A stretch of 64,000 bases of DNA from Malacoraja senta. Its lineage: Eukaryota. The notes beneath the pieces are model-generated. The model saw nothing but the letters and a program-made list of their open reading frames with translations. It did not search any database and was not told the DNA's origin. Where the stretch lies: the NCBI GenBank assembly GCA_038087875.1, contig CM075990.1, positions 5,582,001-5,646,000 on the forward strand, in the 5' to 3' direction. This document shows, in pieces, positions 1 to 13,000 of this stretch. Position numbers and translations under genes: made by a program. Numbering within the stretch: the first letter of the stretch is position 1; every line of letters begins with the position of its first letter.

Positions 1-2191
1 ATGGCCAGAAACAAAATTAAAGTGATGCATGGTCTAAACAATATGTGGATTTGCTTTGTTTCTTTAGATAATAATCGGCCTGCTGTATATTTCCAAATTC
101 AAATATCTTGAAATATCTGGTTAGATGTTTGTTTTTGGTGATGGACCATCCATGCTTTGTGTTTACATGAGTTGTTAAGGCCCGTGGAGCTGAAGGACAG
201 TATGTACTGCAGACAAATTGACATTTACAAGATTTGATATTAATAGATTTTTCTAGCATGAAAAGGGATTAAGGGACACAGACAGACCTAATGGATACAT
301 ATCATAAATAAATGGTGAAACAGGCCCACTGTGACCACTCCGTGTGACATTTGTGCTTCAATTAAAAATTAAAAAAATAAGTAGATCAATAAAATACCCT
401 ATTGGATGCCTATAATTTTATTTGGACTGAAAACTAAAATAATTACACAACACAATCTTTTGATTGGAAATGTATTGTGCAAGCATAGGCAACAAGAGCT
501 GACTTGTTTCTAGTCAGTTGTGCAAGCCTTAACTAATCAATGATGTACCATTTGAGATGGCCCATACAAAACTCCTAAAAGCGATTCAAGGAAATGCTTC
601 TTCCCTGCTGTTATCATACTTTTGAATGGGTGGGCATTTGCTAAGGGTGTACTTCTGATCTTCCAATGTACCTTGCTACAGCCCTTGTACAGTTTTGTTA
701 TCTACACTTTCACTGCAGCTGTAACACTATGTTCTGCACCCTGTTTACTTTCTCTTTTTGCGTCATCTGTTGGTTCTTGGGTATGGTTTGATTGTATTTG
801 TGTATGGAATGACTAGATAGCATGCAAAACAAAGTTTTACATTGTAATTTTGTACACATGACAATTATAAACCATAAATCAAACACCGTTTCCCAATTAC
901 AGAATTAAAGTAAACCTAGTGATTTTTTTTCCCTTTCCTGGTAATGACCTAAATTGTCCTTTGCAATGATAATGGCAATGAGCAACACATCTCAATTTAA
1001 TTTGCAGTTTTACTTCCAAGAAAAATTTAAGTGCTCTGGTAGATGTGTTGAGAAGGAAATCCAACAGTCTTTAAATTCCACCATATTGTCGCTTCAAGCA
1101 AACAAAATCTCAGAGCAATCTTTCAAGAGGGCGAGAGAAAAGACTACAGAGATAGAAGCCCGAATGTTCCCATCTAACCGCCATAGAGAAGGTTTTCAAA
1201 CTTATCACACCTTCTGTAACATCACTTTTGATAAAGTGGGTGACTTTGTAGTTATATAAGGATAGAGGGTTGTTTTAAGGCTGCTGTTAAAGTCATACTG
1301 CACAGAAACAGGCCCTTCTGTCCAACTTGCCCATGCTAAACAAGATGCCCCATCTACACTAGTCCCACCAGCGTTTGGCCCATATCCCTCTAAACCTTTC
1401 CTATCCATGCAGTGCTTGTTATCCTTTACATTGTGGGCAAAGGCAAAGAGATCAATACTTTGATTGTGTGTGATGGATGAGAGATGAGCCCGCTCCTTTC
1501 TGGAATTGCATCTCTGATGAGAGCCGCTGTTTGGGTAGTTTGGCTTTTATCCCCAGTAACACTTTAGCCTGTTCCCATACTTCCCTTTGAAGAAGCCGGA
1601 TCTAATTTTAAGTGAACTCAAACCTGGGTCTCCCAGTTAACTATTGGGCTGGTATATTACAAATTGTAAAAATTCTTCTAAGTCTGTGGGAAAGACTTAT
1701 GATTCTGACAGGCCCAAATCCTGTCCTAAGCTTGACTGGATGTGGAAAGAGATGGGTGTTATCTTCAACTAATCTGATTCTAGCTGGTTCCATTCTCGCC
1801 CATCTGATCACCTGAATGTTCAATAGTCAAGTCCTACTCTGCCAAAGAACTGTTTGTTTTAAAACTGATTGGAGTTTAAACTCACAGCTACCTTCTTTGT
1901 GTATTGGTATCTGCAAACAAAATAAGTTTATTCTCAACATATGTGGCACAGGGTATATGTAATCTAAAGATAATCTCAATCTTGTGGTTAAAATTCAGCT
2001 TTGACAAGTTGTGTTCAGAGACAAGGCTGTTTTGGTCGTGCAGTTGCATTTTGCAGATTCCTACTTCCAGATAAACTGCTGATTTTTGCATGATATTTGT
2101 ATGAAATAAGAGCAGGTTAAACGTGTATGTTTTTTTGCTTTGGGTTACAAAGGTTGTTCTTGCAGTTTGGAAGTGAGATTCTGTATCATTA

Positions 2192-2458
2192 TGGTAGACA
2201 AAAATGCTGGAGAAGCTCAGCGGGTGAGGCAGCATCTATGGAGCGAAGGAATAGGCGATGTTTCACGGTCGAGACCCTCCTTCAGATTGATTTGGGGGGG
2301 GGGCAAGGAAAAGGCGGAGACAGTGGGCTGTGGGAGAGCTGGGAGGGGAAGGAAGGAGAAAGCAAGGACTACCTGAAATTGGAGAAGTCAATGTTCATAC
2401 TGCTGGGGTGTAAACTACCCAACCGAAATGAGGTGCTGCTCCTCCAATTTGCAGTGGG
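2192..2458 (-). mobile_element. Penelope-like 3' fragment
   Basis: Closely similar to 18845-19110 (KLEEQHL...GMNIDFSNFR* + terminal repeat). Confidence 0.8.
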
Positions 2459-3986
2459 TTATGTGTGCTTTTATTTCTATTTGGGGCAAGATTCTGCAGC
2501 AATTGGGTGAACTGCTCCAATCCTAGTATTTATTTCCATCTATAGTGTCGACCGTACACGAGGCACTGAATGCCTTGTGACTGCCCATATATTTCAAAGC
2601 GCAGATGTAGGATGGCAGCATGGTGAAACTCATTTTCTTTCCAGAGTTTCCAGCCTTTTATTATGAAATACCTATTACTGGTTGTTGTTTTCAAGATCCA
2701 GTGGCTGAAAAGAATTATGAATCTAATTTTGAATGGTGCCTGTGATGAATGCATTCCCTGGCATTCTAGAGAAAGGTAGATCATGATGTCACCCCTACTT
2801 TGTGCAGCCTTATTACGGTCTGTGTTATGCAATAAGCAGACCGCTGCCCGTATCTTGTAAATTGCACTTCTGATTAGCAAAATAGACGTGTGAATTGTAC
2901 CAGCACAGTAAGTTTGTGATTTTTTTTTAAATTTTCAGTGCGTTTGTTGAATTGAACACTTTTTAAAATTTGCTTTCATCAGAGGAGTCGCTGCGTGGGT
3001 GCATGTGAGAGTATTTGTTGAGCCTTGAGCTCTTCCGTGATCACAGAATGCTTTAGATGTTAAACAGATATAGATGTACAAGCTACATTGTGCAAGGATT
3101 ATTCAGCTAAAATTAGCGGGTGTGAATAGATGTGGCTTTGGCTGTAATTTGTTGATTTTTCCATTGAACAATGCCATGTGCAGGTCTGGGTGAGTCTGGT
3201 GAAAACTGGGCCTATTATAGAATCCCACAGCACAGGAGAAGGCCATTTACTCCATAAAAAGACACAAAGTACTGGAGTAACTCAGCGGGTGAGGCAGCAT
3301 CTCTGGAGAATATGGATAGTAGACGTTTCGGGCCCCGGTCCCTTCTTGAGACCCATCCATATTCTCCACAGATACTACCTCACCTGCTTAGTTACTCCAG
3401 TACTTTGTCTGTTTTGTAATCAAGCATGTACAGTTCCCTAGTTCCACCTTTTGCCATTTATTCCATAATGCCTTTGTCTGCTCTTTTGACAAATTACGCA
3501 AAAAGTCCCATTCCTCTCCCCCTTTCCTCATAGCACAATTATTTTTCTTTGTGTATTTGCCCAACTTCCTTCAAATTAAAATCTTAACATAATACATTCC
3601 ACTTCAGGAAAAGGCAACAAGCTTGTATATTTAAAAGTAAATTCTCCACACCTCTCCTCTAACAATTCGCCTTCAATCTGTGCTTTGAATTTATCTCTCC
3701 TGTGAGAGGAAATATTTTTGCTCGTGTCAAAACCCTTTTATAGTTGTGAACACCAAACAAAACTCTCTTGAAAGCTCTAATCCAAGGACACTACCCAGCT
3801 TTTCTCGTATCTTCACACAACAGAAGTCGCGCAGAACTGATACCATTCTAGTTATCTCCCACTCTGTTTGAGATTGAGATATGATGCCACAGGTTCTTAA
3901 AAGACAACACTTTTTTTTAATGTTCTTTCTTCTGAGTAGATAAGAGCAACTTTTTTTTAAATGCAAACTTTAACTTGCTATTTCAG

Positions 3987-4175
3987 GCACTCGGATTATT
4001 TACGATCGGAAGTTTCTGATGGACTGCCGTCATTCTCCGATTGCAAAGACTCCACCTCGTTACCTCCCACATATCCCAGGTGTAACAACCCCAGGCATTG
4101 CTGAAGATACGAAGGCAGAAGCAAATAATGCTGCTCAGAGCAGTGGAATCAACCGTGAGGGAAAATCATCTACTG
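3987..4175 (+). CDS. EIF4EBP2: eIF4E-binding protein (4E-BP2 by synteny), coding exon 2
   Basis: Acceptor tttcag|GC at 3986/3987 and donor G|gtgag at 4175/4176. Translates (G)[36 protein letters not shown]..., with the YxxxxLphi eIF4E-binding motif, SP/TP sites and the IPGVT motif. Paralog assigned from adjacency to nodal and pald1. Exon 1 was not found and is presumably upstream of the window. Confidence 0.93.
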
Positions 4176-7100
4176 GTGAGATTCGACAACTTAAACCATT
4201 GAGGGAAAAACTCGGTTTACGGAAATTTTTCTCATTAATTCATAAATATTAAATTAAAAATGATGTGATTTAGACTCTTGCCCACCGAGTCCACAGTTGC
4301 CAGCGATCACCCCTCGCACTCACACACACACACTAGGGACAATTTTACATGTTACAAAAACAAATTTAACCTACAAACGCACACGTCTTGGGAGTGTTGG
4401 AGGGAACTGGCTCACCCGGAGAAAACCGACGCGGTCACAGGGAGAATGTACAAACTCCGTACAGATAGTACCTGTAGTCAAATTGAAACCGGGTCGCTGA
4501 CGCTTCCGCTGCACCACTGTCCGCCCACCCCCCGCGCCCCCCCCCCCCCCCCCCCGGATAGATCAGAATGGATTAGCAGCAGCAGCAAAGTGCAATCATG
4601 ATTGTGGTTATAGTGATTGTAATCTTGGTATATTAGCAACACTTGGCTAGAAGATATATTGTGCATGTGTCTGTCCTAATGCATGTGCTGAAGCTAACAC
4701 TGACAGGGATGTTGCAAGTAAAGGGGAAAATTGGGAATCTGCTTTGAAAAATCATTAATGTAATTTGACTTCTTTAAGCGATTTCAAAGTCAGACCAAGT
4801 ATTATACAGTGGCGGCCTTCATATGCAGAACTTTTGGATATTGGTTAATGCCGTTAAATGGACGAGGGAAATAGAATGGAAGAGGCAAGAAACAGCAGGG
4901 AAATGAGGGGCTGAGGCATTTAAAATTGTGAGAAAGATCGTTGAGCTATGAAGTCAGTACATGGGGGGGGGGGGGGGGGGGGGGTCAGGCTGGGTGGGTT
5001 AGGGTATCAGATGGGAACCATCCCTGCTTCACCTGTGTTAAGAGTGGGTTACATTGTAAAACAAAAAATTCAGAGAATTGGAAATAGTGATAGTCCAGTG
5101 ATTCCCTGTAAATTGCATTGGTTTCGTTACTTTCAATATGGTGGATTTCTCATTGAACAGTGTACTGATTACACATGGTTTAAATCACAATATTTTAGTC
5201 CAGTTTATGCTGTAAACTAAATCTCTTTGCAAGTATTGATAAGATAATTATGTGGGGAAATTGGGACAACTTTAAGGTGAATCGTAGCAGGAAATGCCTG
5301 GTCTCATTTCCCAACTGCTGAATTTCCAGCAGGAGATGCATGCAAACTGCAAAAATATTATGGATATCCTGTGCATTTTTCCACTCTTTCTCTGTCAGTA
5401 CCCACTCGTGGTTCCCTTGTCTGCTGTGTAGTTATTCCTCAAATTCATTTACAAGGCTGATCTGCCTGGCATTTTCCTCAGCCAGTTTGTCTTTCTTGTC
5501 CTGCTCCATAAGATGATGGAGCAGGAAAGTTGTGGGCTAGCGAGCAGAGTATCCAACTGGTGCAACTTCGAAGGAGCCAAGAATTTTCTTTGAGTTTGAC
5601 TTCTCCTGGTACTTTGGTCCTTAAATGAACTTATGCATTTCATGAGAAGCACTAATAGATTGTATAGTCACACTGATAGGGATCTGTAGTGAAAACTTCT
5701 CTGTAGTGAAGTCTTCTTGGGCTACCAGTGTACTGTGGCCCTGCATCAATTAATTATGCACTCTTTCCACCACCATGAGGGAGTTTCCCAAGACCAGCCA
5801 ACACCTTTGTCTCTGAACAGCATGATAACTTTTTTTAATGCATTTATTTTCTTTAATTTTTTTTTTTGCCCCCAGCTGCCTTTGGGTTAGTAACTTGCCG
5901 TTCTACGTGCCACTCCAGTAACTTGAACCCTGCACATAGTTTTGCCACAGCTGTCGCCAGTTAATGACACGTGGCCTGGAGCTGACCTGGCCTGTGTGTC
6001 TGGGATGCAGTCGGAATTGTTTAACCGGTTCTCTTCTTTCAATGGAAAACGCCAAGCTGACCGTGCACTTTAAAAAAAAAATTAAGAAAATTCTGTTGTC
6101 TCGCAACACCATCTTTCTAAAGCATTATCCATCACCACGCATTCTTCCCTTCCCAAGTGCTCAACTCCCCGTCCCCTATATTAAAGGGAACACATTCAGC
6201 CCAACTTCTTGATCCTCCTTCCTGAATACTTTTAACCAGCTGCCCCTTAGGATTCAGCCTTCAATCGCGTCGGGTCTGGAGTTTCACTCCAGGAATCAAT
6301 GAACAAAGATAGGCACAAAAAGCTGGAGTAACTCAGTAGGTAAGGCAGCATCTCTAGAGAAAAGGAATAGGTGGCGTTTTGGGTCGAGACCCTTCTTCAG
6401 AGTGAGAGACGGGGGGGAATGGGAAACGAGAGATATATGCGGTGATGTAGAGAGAGATAGAATCTCCCGTTTTCCTTTCCCCTGGCTCGGTATGAAGAAG
6501 TGGCTCGACCCAAAATGTCACCTATTTGTTTTCTACAGACATGCTGCCTGACCCGCTGAGTTACTCCAGCTTTTTGTGTATATCTGGTTTAAACCAGCAT
6601 CTGCAGGTTCTTCCTTCACAATGAATACACAAATCTTGGCTGACACTTGGGTGTCAGATATACATTGATAGTTCCATCAATACCCTAGCAATTTTTGTTT
6701 TATTCCTCGGCTAGCATAATAAGATCATGTTTATAATTGATAGGAGCAGAATTAGGCCATTCAGCCCCTTGAGTCTATTCAACCATGGCTGGTGTATCTT
6801 TCCTTCTCAACCCCATTCTACTGCCTTCTCCCCTTAACCAGCTTTAACAAATTAAAACACATTACGATAGTATTTATTGTTAGAGGATATTGTGGTTGCT
6901 TAACGAAAGTCATAAATTTAATAGGCACCCCATTCACATGTTGCCAGGACCAGAGGGCCTCGGCTAAAGGGACAGGTTGGCAGGCTAGGACTTTATTCCT
7001 TGGATCGCAGGAGGATGAGGGGTGATCTTACAAAGTTGTATAAGATCATGGGGAGAATAGATGTGTTGAATGCTCGGAGTCTTTTACCCAGAGTACCCGC

Positions 7101-7290
7101 CCCCTTAACACGGGACTCTGTCTTGATAGCAATGAGTGAGGGGAGTTGTTGGATTTCAGTTGCCCTGGTCTTTTTGGGAGCTTAATCGATAAAGCTAATG
7201 CATTCTCCTACCCTGTGACTCAACACATCCCTCCTATGACCTTCAGATCTACGCACCAGAATGTTGACGGGTGACTCTTTCTTTCTCCAG

Positions 7291-7322
7291 GAGATGAAGC
7301 TCAATTTGAGATGGACATCTGA
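7291..7322 (+). CDS. EIF4EBP2: 4E-BP last coding exon (GDEAQFEMDI*)
   Basis: Polypyrimidine tract and ctccag|GA acceptor, phase 1 matching exon 2. Encodes the C-terminal TOS motif FEMDI, then TGA at 7320-7322. Confidence 0.95.
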
Positions 7323-8407
7323 GCTTTCCACGTGCGACTGCAGACTCCGCTTCTCAACGCTTCGATGACCTGGCTTGTGGATCCTAACGCACAGGCCTCT
7401 GCCGTGGTACACGAGCTCTCCAGAAATCTGCCAAAAAAAAAGTTTAATACAGATTATTTTTTTTGCCTTTGGTCAATCCTGAACATTTACACTTTGTCTA
7501 TGACCTTAAATCATGTTTTAGCAGCAAGATAAGTGGGTCCCAATTTTTTTTTTTTTTTTTTTAATCATCCTTTTCAGAACAGGAAAGATAACATTTTGTT
7601 TAATGAACAAACACAAGCTATTTTTAAAATTCTTTGCACGCAAAGCAATCTTGAAGCAATTTCCATTATATGTATCTCTGTGCTAAGATTTGTTGCATTA
7701 TTAATTGCGTTCAAAAGCAATTTTGGTACATAGCCATAATTGTACTCACTTATTTTTGGAACATTGTGGAATGTCATGTTGAGGTCAGCAAGAACCTTCC
7801 GTAAGCTCATTGCATAACTATTTTAAATGCAATCCATTAAATTCCTGAGTCATTTTTATTTTTGTCAATGAAAGCGCTGCTTCATTGATGATTTCTGCTG
7901 CCTTGAGGCTTTTTCTCTTCTCTATCTTCATATTTGGGTTGGGGGAACTTGCACCAGTACATTTCACTGTTGTCAATGGGGAGCAGCAATAAGTATCTTG
8001 GGTCTGAGTTGCAAGTGCATGGATCTATGCGTTCGGCAAAGCTTACGATTACATTATCAAATCACCAGAAACTGTGAAGTAGCACTAGATTTGAAAACCA
8101 TTTTGTTGGAATGGGCACTGTGGTTGCTTGTCTTGGGATGGTTCACTGCACTACCAGGCTGGTCAGATCCAAGAGTCTGTGGAGAGTAGTATGTCCTTTT
8201 GCTAAAGATTTCTTTTATGTAACATTTTTCACATTTAACTGTTTAAGTTGACGAGTTTTAATGTTTATTATTAAATTTGGTGTTGGGTGACAGTGGTCTG
8301 AAACCTGGCCCGTGGTGCTGTTTCCAATGGGTAGAGGCCAGCTTTGGAAGATGTAGTATTGACCTGGCATAGTCCTATGGGGGCTGTTAGGATATGCTGA
8401 AGCTTAA

Positions 8408-8723
8408 AGCCCTGTCCCACTCTACGAGTTCATTCAAGAGTTCTCCCGAGTTTGCCCTGATTCGAACTCGGAGATTTACGGTAATGGCCGCTCGTAAGTA
8501 CTCGGGGCTCTCGTGGACATTTTTCAACATGTTGAAAAATCTTCACGAGTCTTCCCGAGCTTACCGCGTTTCCCGAGTACCTGCCGTTAGCGTTATGAGC
8601 CACTAAGAGATGTCCCCGAGCTCCGACGTACCTGCTACGTTCATTCTACATGCTTACCACGAGTTTGATTATTTTTTTAACTCCGGAGAGCACTTGAATG
8701 AATTCGTACAGTGGGACAGGGCT
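8408..8723. mobile_element. PIF/Harbinger-type MITE
   Basis: TIR AGCCCTGTCCCACT...AGTGGGACAGGGCT with TWA flanks; non-coding interior. Confidence 0.75.
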
Positions 8724-9531
8724 TTAATTCTTGATTTAAAACTTGGGAGAGAGCTGGAAAAACACAGCAAGTTAATAGATTAACTATTGAGCTGAGGAGG
8801 CTCTGCTTTGAAGCTACGGGCTATGGAATACTACAATGCCAAAATAGGCCATTCAACCCATCAAGCTTCCTTCAACGATTATTACTGCAACAAGTTATTT
8901 GTCCAACCCACTCTTCTCCCCTGCTGTCACATTTTTTTTTTAAACACATACTTTTTTTCAAACAAAAAGTAATATTCCCAACCAGTGGTGTGTAGAAGAG
9001 AATTCCACATCATAATCAGATTCCTCTGTTGAAGGATGTTTGATCATCTTTCTATTTTTACTGTTTGACTGTGTTTCTAATGTTTTTCGTGATTTGTGGG
9101 GATATATTTTGATGGGGTTCATAGCAAAGTAATACTGAATGGTTTCCGTATTAATTACTTCATACTCTGGATAAATAAAATCTGCCACTCAGTTATTTCC
9201 AATCTGATGGCAAACTTCACACAACAAGAGAAATTGTTGCAGCTGATTGTGGTTTTATTATTTGTTGGTGTGGGTGGATCAATAACTACAGTACAGGGTT
9301 CAGTGGTTCTTACTGGAAAACAATCATTACTTCGTATGGAAATGGTGCTTGTCTTTTTTGAAATAACCTAATATTAGATATAATCTGGTGACTAATGCAC
9401 CTGCATAGACAACGCTTTTGACTCAAACACGAGTATCAGCTGATTGTAAAGAGTAATTCATAGGAAAGTTGAACTCAAAATTGCGTGGCTTATCGTTTAG
9501 AGTTTGACGCTGATGTCAGTTTTATGTCACC

Positions 9532-9949
9532 TGTAATGGCAGTTTCAAGCTTTTCCAATGTCCAACTTTCCGTTGCCATTACTACACGGGCAGGTGGGAG
9601 CAATCGTACGCAGACGATAAAAAGAAACGGATCCTCCAGTCGTTATTTCCAGTTTAATTGATTCTTTATTGAAGTGGTTTTACAAACAAAGTGAACATAC
9701 CAGATCCTCTTTATTCTTATACAAATTGTAGCTTTCCGTTCTTACTATCTGATCTGGTAAGAACGGTATTCTCTCTCCCGTGCCTGCTGGTCTGATCTGC
9801 CCACGCCCTCCCCTGGTATGATATATGTAACGTTCATCTACGTATCAAAAGCCCGCTCCCAAGCATTCAAATTAATACTGCTGGAAATATCTAGACAAAA
9901 TAACATAAGATGCTAACAGTAACTTGTCGAAGCATGAATGGCTCCGACA
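9532..9949 (-). mobile_element. Probable solo LTR
   Basis: TGT...ACA termini, near-perfect 5-bp flanks tcacc/tcact, and a minus-strand TATA-like box near 9820 followed by two AATAAA (about 9710 and 9667). Richer in CpG than its flanks. Confidence 0.55.
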
Positions 9950-9985
9950 TCACTTTCTACTGCCTTTTCTCCCCGCCCCCCCCCC

Positions 9986-9991
<6 letters not shown>

Positions 9992-10021
<30 letters not shown>
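9992..10021. repeat. (CA)n microsatellite
   Basis: Read directly. Another imperfect (CA)n lies at about 34344-34407. Confidence 0.95.
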
Positions 10022-10025
<4 letters not shown>

Positions 10026-13000
10026 CTGCATAGATCCATCTTTAGTGCCACTGTTTTCCACCATGGCTCAAGTCACCAACTGTGGCACAGAGTGGATATT
10101 GTGTCTTAAGGTATAGCGAGGGCTGAGCCCAGTATGGTTTGTAGATCGCATTGACCTCACCTCCTGGAGACTGAGGCCAGACCATAATGATTGATGTCTG
10201 CTGATTTTCAGCTTTGCCTTCCTGAGATGCAAGGTGACAGTCACCAGATTGTATCCTTACTCCACACCACTCTGTCCTGTTGATGGTAGTGGGGTGGGGT
10301 GGGGGGGGGTAATTGTTGTCTGCCTTTGGGTAGATACAAGGAACTGCTGATGCTGGAATCCTGAGCAATGCAGAGTGCTGTAATAACTCAGCAGGTCAGG
10401 CAGCATCTATGAGAGAATCTCACTAACACCCTCGCCCCTTTCATTCCATCTATATCTCTCCCTCTGGCTTTATATTTTTATCGAATGCCATTTTGTCTTT
10501 TTATCTCTAGCCTTGTTACTTACTCCACCCATCTACCAATTTGCCCCCCCCCCCCTCCCCAACGGTATCCACCTATCACTGCCAGGCATTATTCCACCCT
10601 CTCCTCTCTTTTCCAGCTTTCTCCCACAACTCCAAGTCCCGACCCAAAACATTACCTTTCCATTCCCTCCACAGTTGCTGCCTGACCTTAAGTGAATTCA
10701 GAACTTTGGGTTTTTCTTGTGCAGTTGCTTTGAATCCAGGAGAGTTTATCTCACATTGGTTTTGTGGGTTCTGAGATGACTGTGGCCAATGCTGTTATAA
10801 TTCTTAAAGATGTCTGATGTTTATATTTCTAACCCATTGCCATACTGCAAGCATTATCTTGTCTGATTCTAGTTTCTCTGATGGCATCCATTCCAGATCC
10901 TTCATGCAAGCTGCAGTTTGCTAATATCATGCCTCTTTATAGTTAGATCAATACGTTTTTTGTATTGTAGCTTTTGCCTAATTGAAGCCATATGGAGAAC
11001 CTCTATTGTCCAGCATTACTGAGCAGAGACTAAAATCCTTGTCTCACACTCTTAACGTTCAATTCTTTACATCTGATTTGTCCATTGACCCAGAAATCTC
11101 ATTATTTTCTCTTAAATGTGGATATAGTCCCCTTCTCTGGGGGAGGGAAGGGGGGGGGGGGCGAGTTTATGTGAGAGAGAATGTTACAGAGAATTGAGTG
11201 GGCTAATGGGTTTAGCATGGGCTGAATGGCCTCCTGTGATGTCAGGAATTATTATATTCCCAATGCGGTAGGGAGTTAAGCTGCCCTCAAATAGGACAGC
11301 GATCATTTTGGAACACATACCCTGTCCTGGACTACCTTTGAAAGGGGTAGGACTGAGACTTTGTAACTCTCAGCGTCAGAATTAAAAATGGCTATATAAA
11401 TTTGCGGCAGACTCCTTGCTGGTTTGTATATTTGAGGATTCTTTAGGTTATATTGTACGTGAACACCAGAGGAATCTCAAAAAGTCTGAAGAAGAGTCTC
11501 GACCCAAAACGTCACCCATTCTTTCTCTCCAGAGATGCTGCCTGAGTTACTCCAGCATTTTGTCTATCTTCGATTTTAAACCAGCATCTGCAGTTCCTTC
11601 CTACACCAGGGGAATCTCACTTTCTTTGTGAAGAATAGTTTGAAAGATCAAAATCTGCCGCAGCATTTAACCTGAAACGTACCTGTGGTACTGACCGTGC
11701 ATAAGATGAATGGATATGATTATCACTTTCTGTTTTGTGTATACGCCATGTCATTTTTTTTCATAGCTAGGTTCTATGATGGTAGGTGTAGTTTGGATTG
11801 GGAGTAGACAAGTTATTTCAGTGACCGTAAGGGAAACTGCCTGGGTGGCAAGTTTAACCCTTGCCATAATATGATTTCTGTTTACTTCCGTTCACTCCAT
11901 TGCAGTTTATAATTAGATGGAGTCGGAGCCCACGCTGAATATCTACATTTTCTTTAAAGCAGAAATCTTGCATCATTGTTGTGTGTGTCACTTAACATGA
12001 TCAGGAGCAGAATTGGATTCTATTCCACTTCCGTCCGATCTGGCATATTCCTGGAGATATCGTGACATGACGGACCACTTTGAATTGCCACACTGGTTGG
12101 AAAGCGGATAGTTTGCATGTCCCGGAAATAGATAATTTCACATAAAATTGTTCAAAGCAGATTTAAAATAAAACAATTCTTTTGTTGACCCAGTAATCTG
12201 GGGAAGAGTTGATGAGAATAAAAAACAAGATTAATGTAGGATTAGTGTAAATTGGGGTTGGTGATCAGCATAGATTCTGGGCTGAAGGGCCTGTTACCAT
12301 GCTATGTCTCTATGACAAATTTTTTCCTGGGTTGCTCCAATGGTATCTTTTACTTAAATCTTCATTTCTTGGGCACTCCAGGGTAATTCTGGAGGATTTG
12401 TAATCCCAGAAGTCAACTGGAGGTTATTAGATTACCACCAACCGAGCTTCTTCAACAGCTTCATGCAACCATTGAATTGATGGCCAATGTATGAAAAGTA
12501 CCACCGTCTCATTTTGATGGCGGAAGCTTTATCGTTCTAACCCTCTCAAATCTGTTGGCAAACTGGTGCTATGGGTATGTTGATGCGACCTGGATTTACC
12601 ATCAATGGAAAAGAAAAGTCTTTGTATGGAATAATAATTTTAAAAAAAAATAAACTTTATCCTTTTGTATTTTGAACTGTAGTCCAGTTTCATATTTTTA
12701 AACATTTTGGAGTGTTAGACATTTAGCATGTTATTTAAAAATATACCATTGATCAAGCCAATTGATTGAGCGCCCAAAGATCTTTGGCTTGAAACACGAC
12801 TGGGTTCACTGAGCATTTCATCTTTCCAAAAGGTTTGAAATAAGATGGGCGTGCCGGAGTACTACAAGTGCCGGAGTACTACAAGTTCTGTAGCTTAGGC
12901 CTGATGCCAGTATGTTGGGTATTGTCTTCAAACAATTGGTGTTTATAATCTAAAGAGACACGGTGACAACTTGTGCTAGCAGGATAATTGTGTCTGTCTT

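Noticed and set aside
12850..12886. Short tandem duplication gtgccggagtactacaa x2 (similar ones near 51476 and 56821)
   Set aside because: Ordinary local slippage duplications with no further structure.
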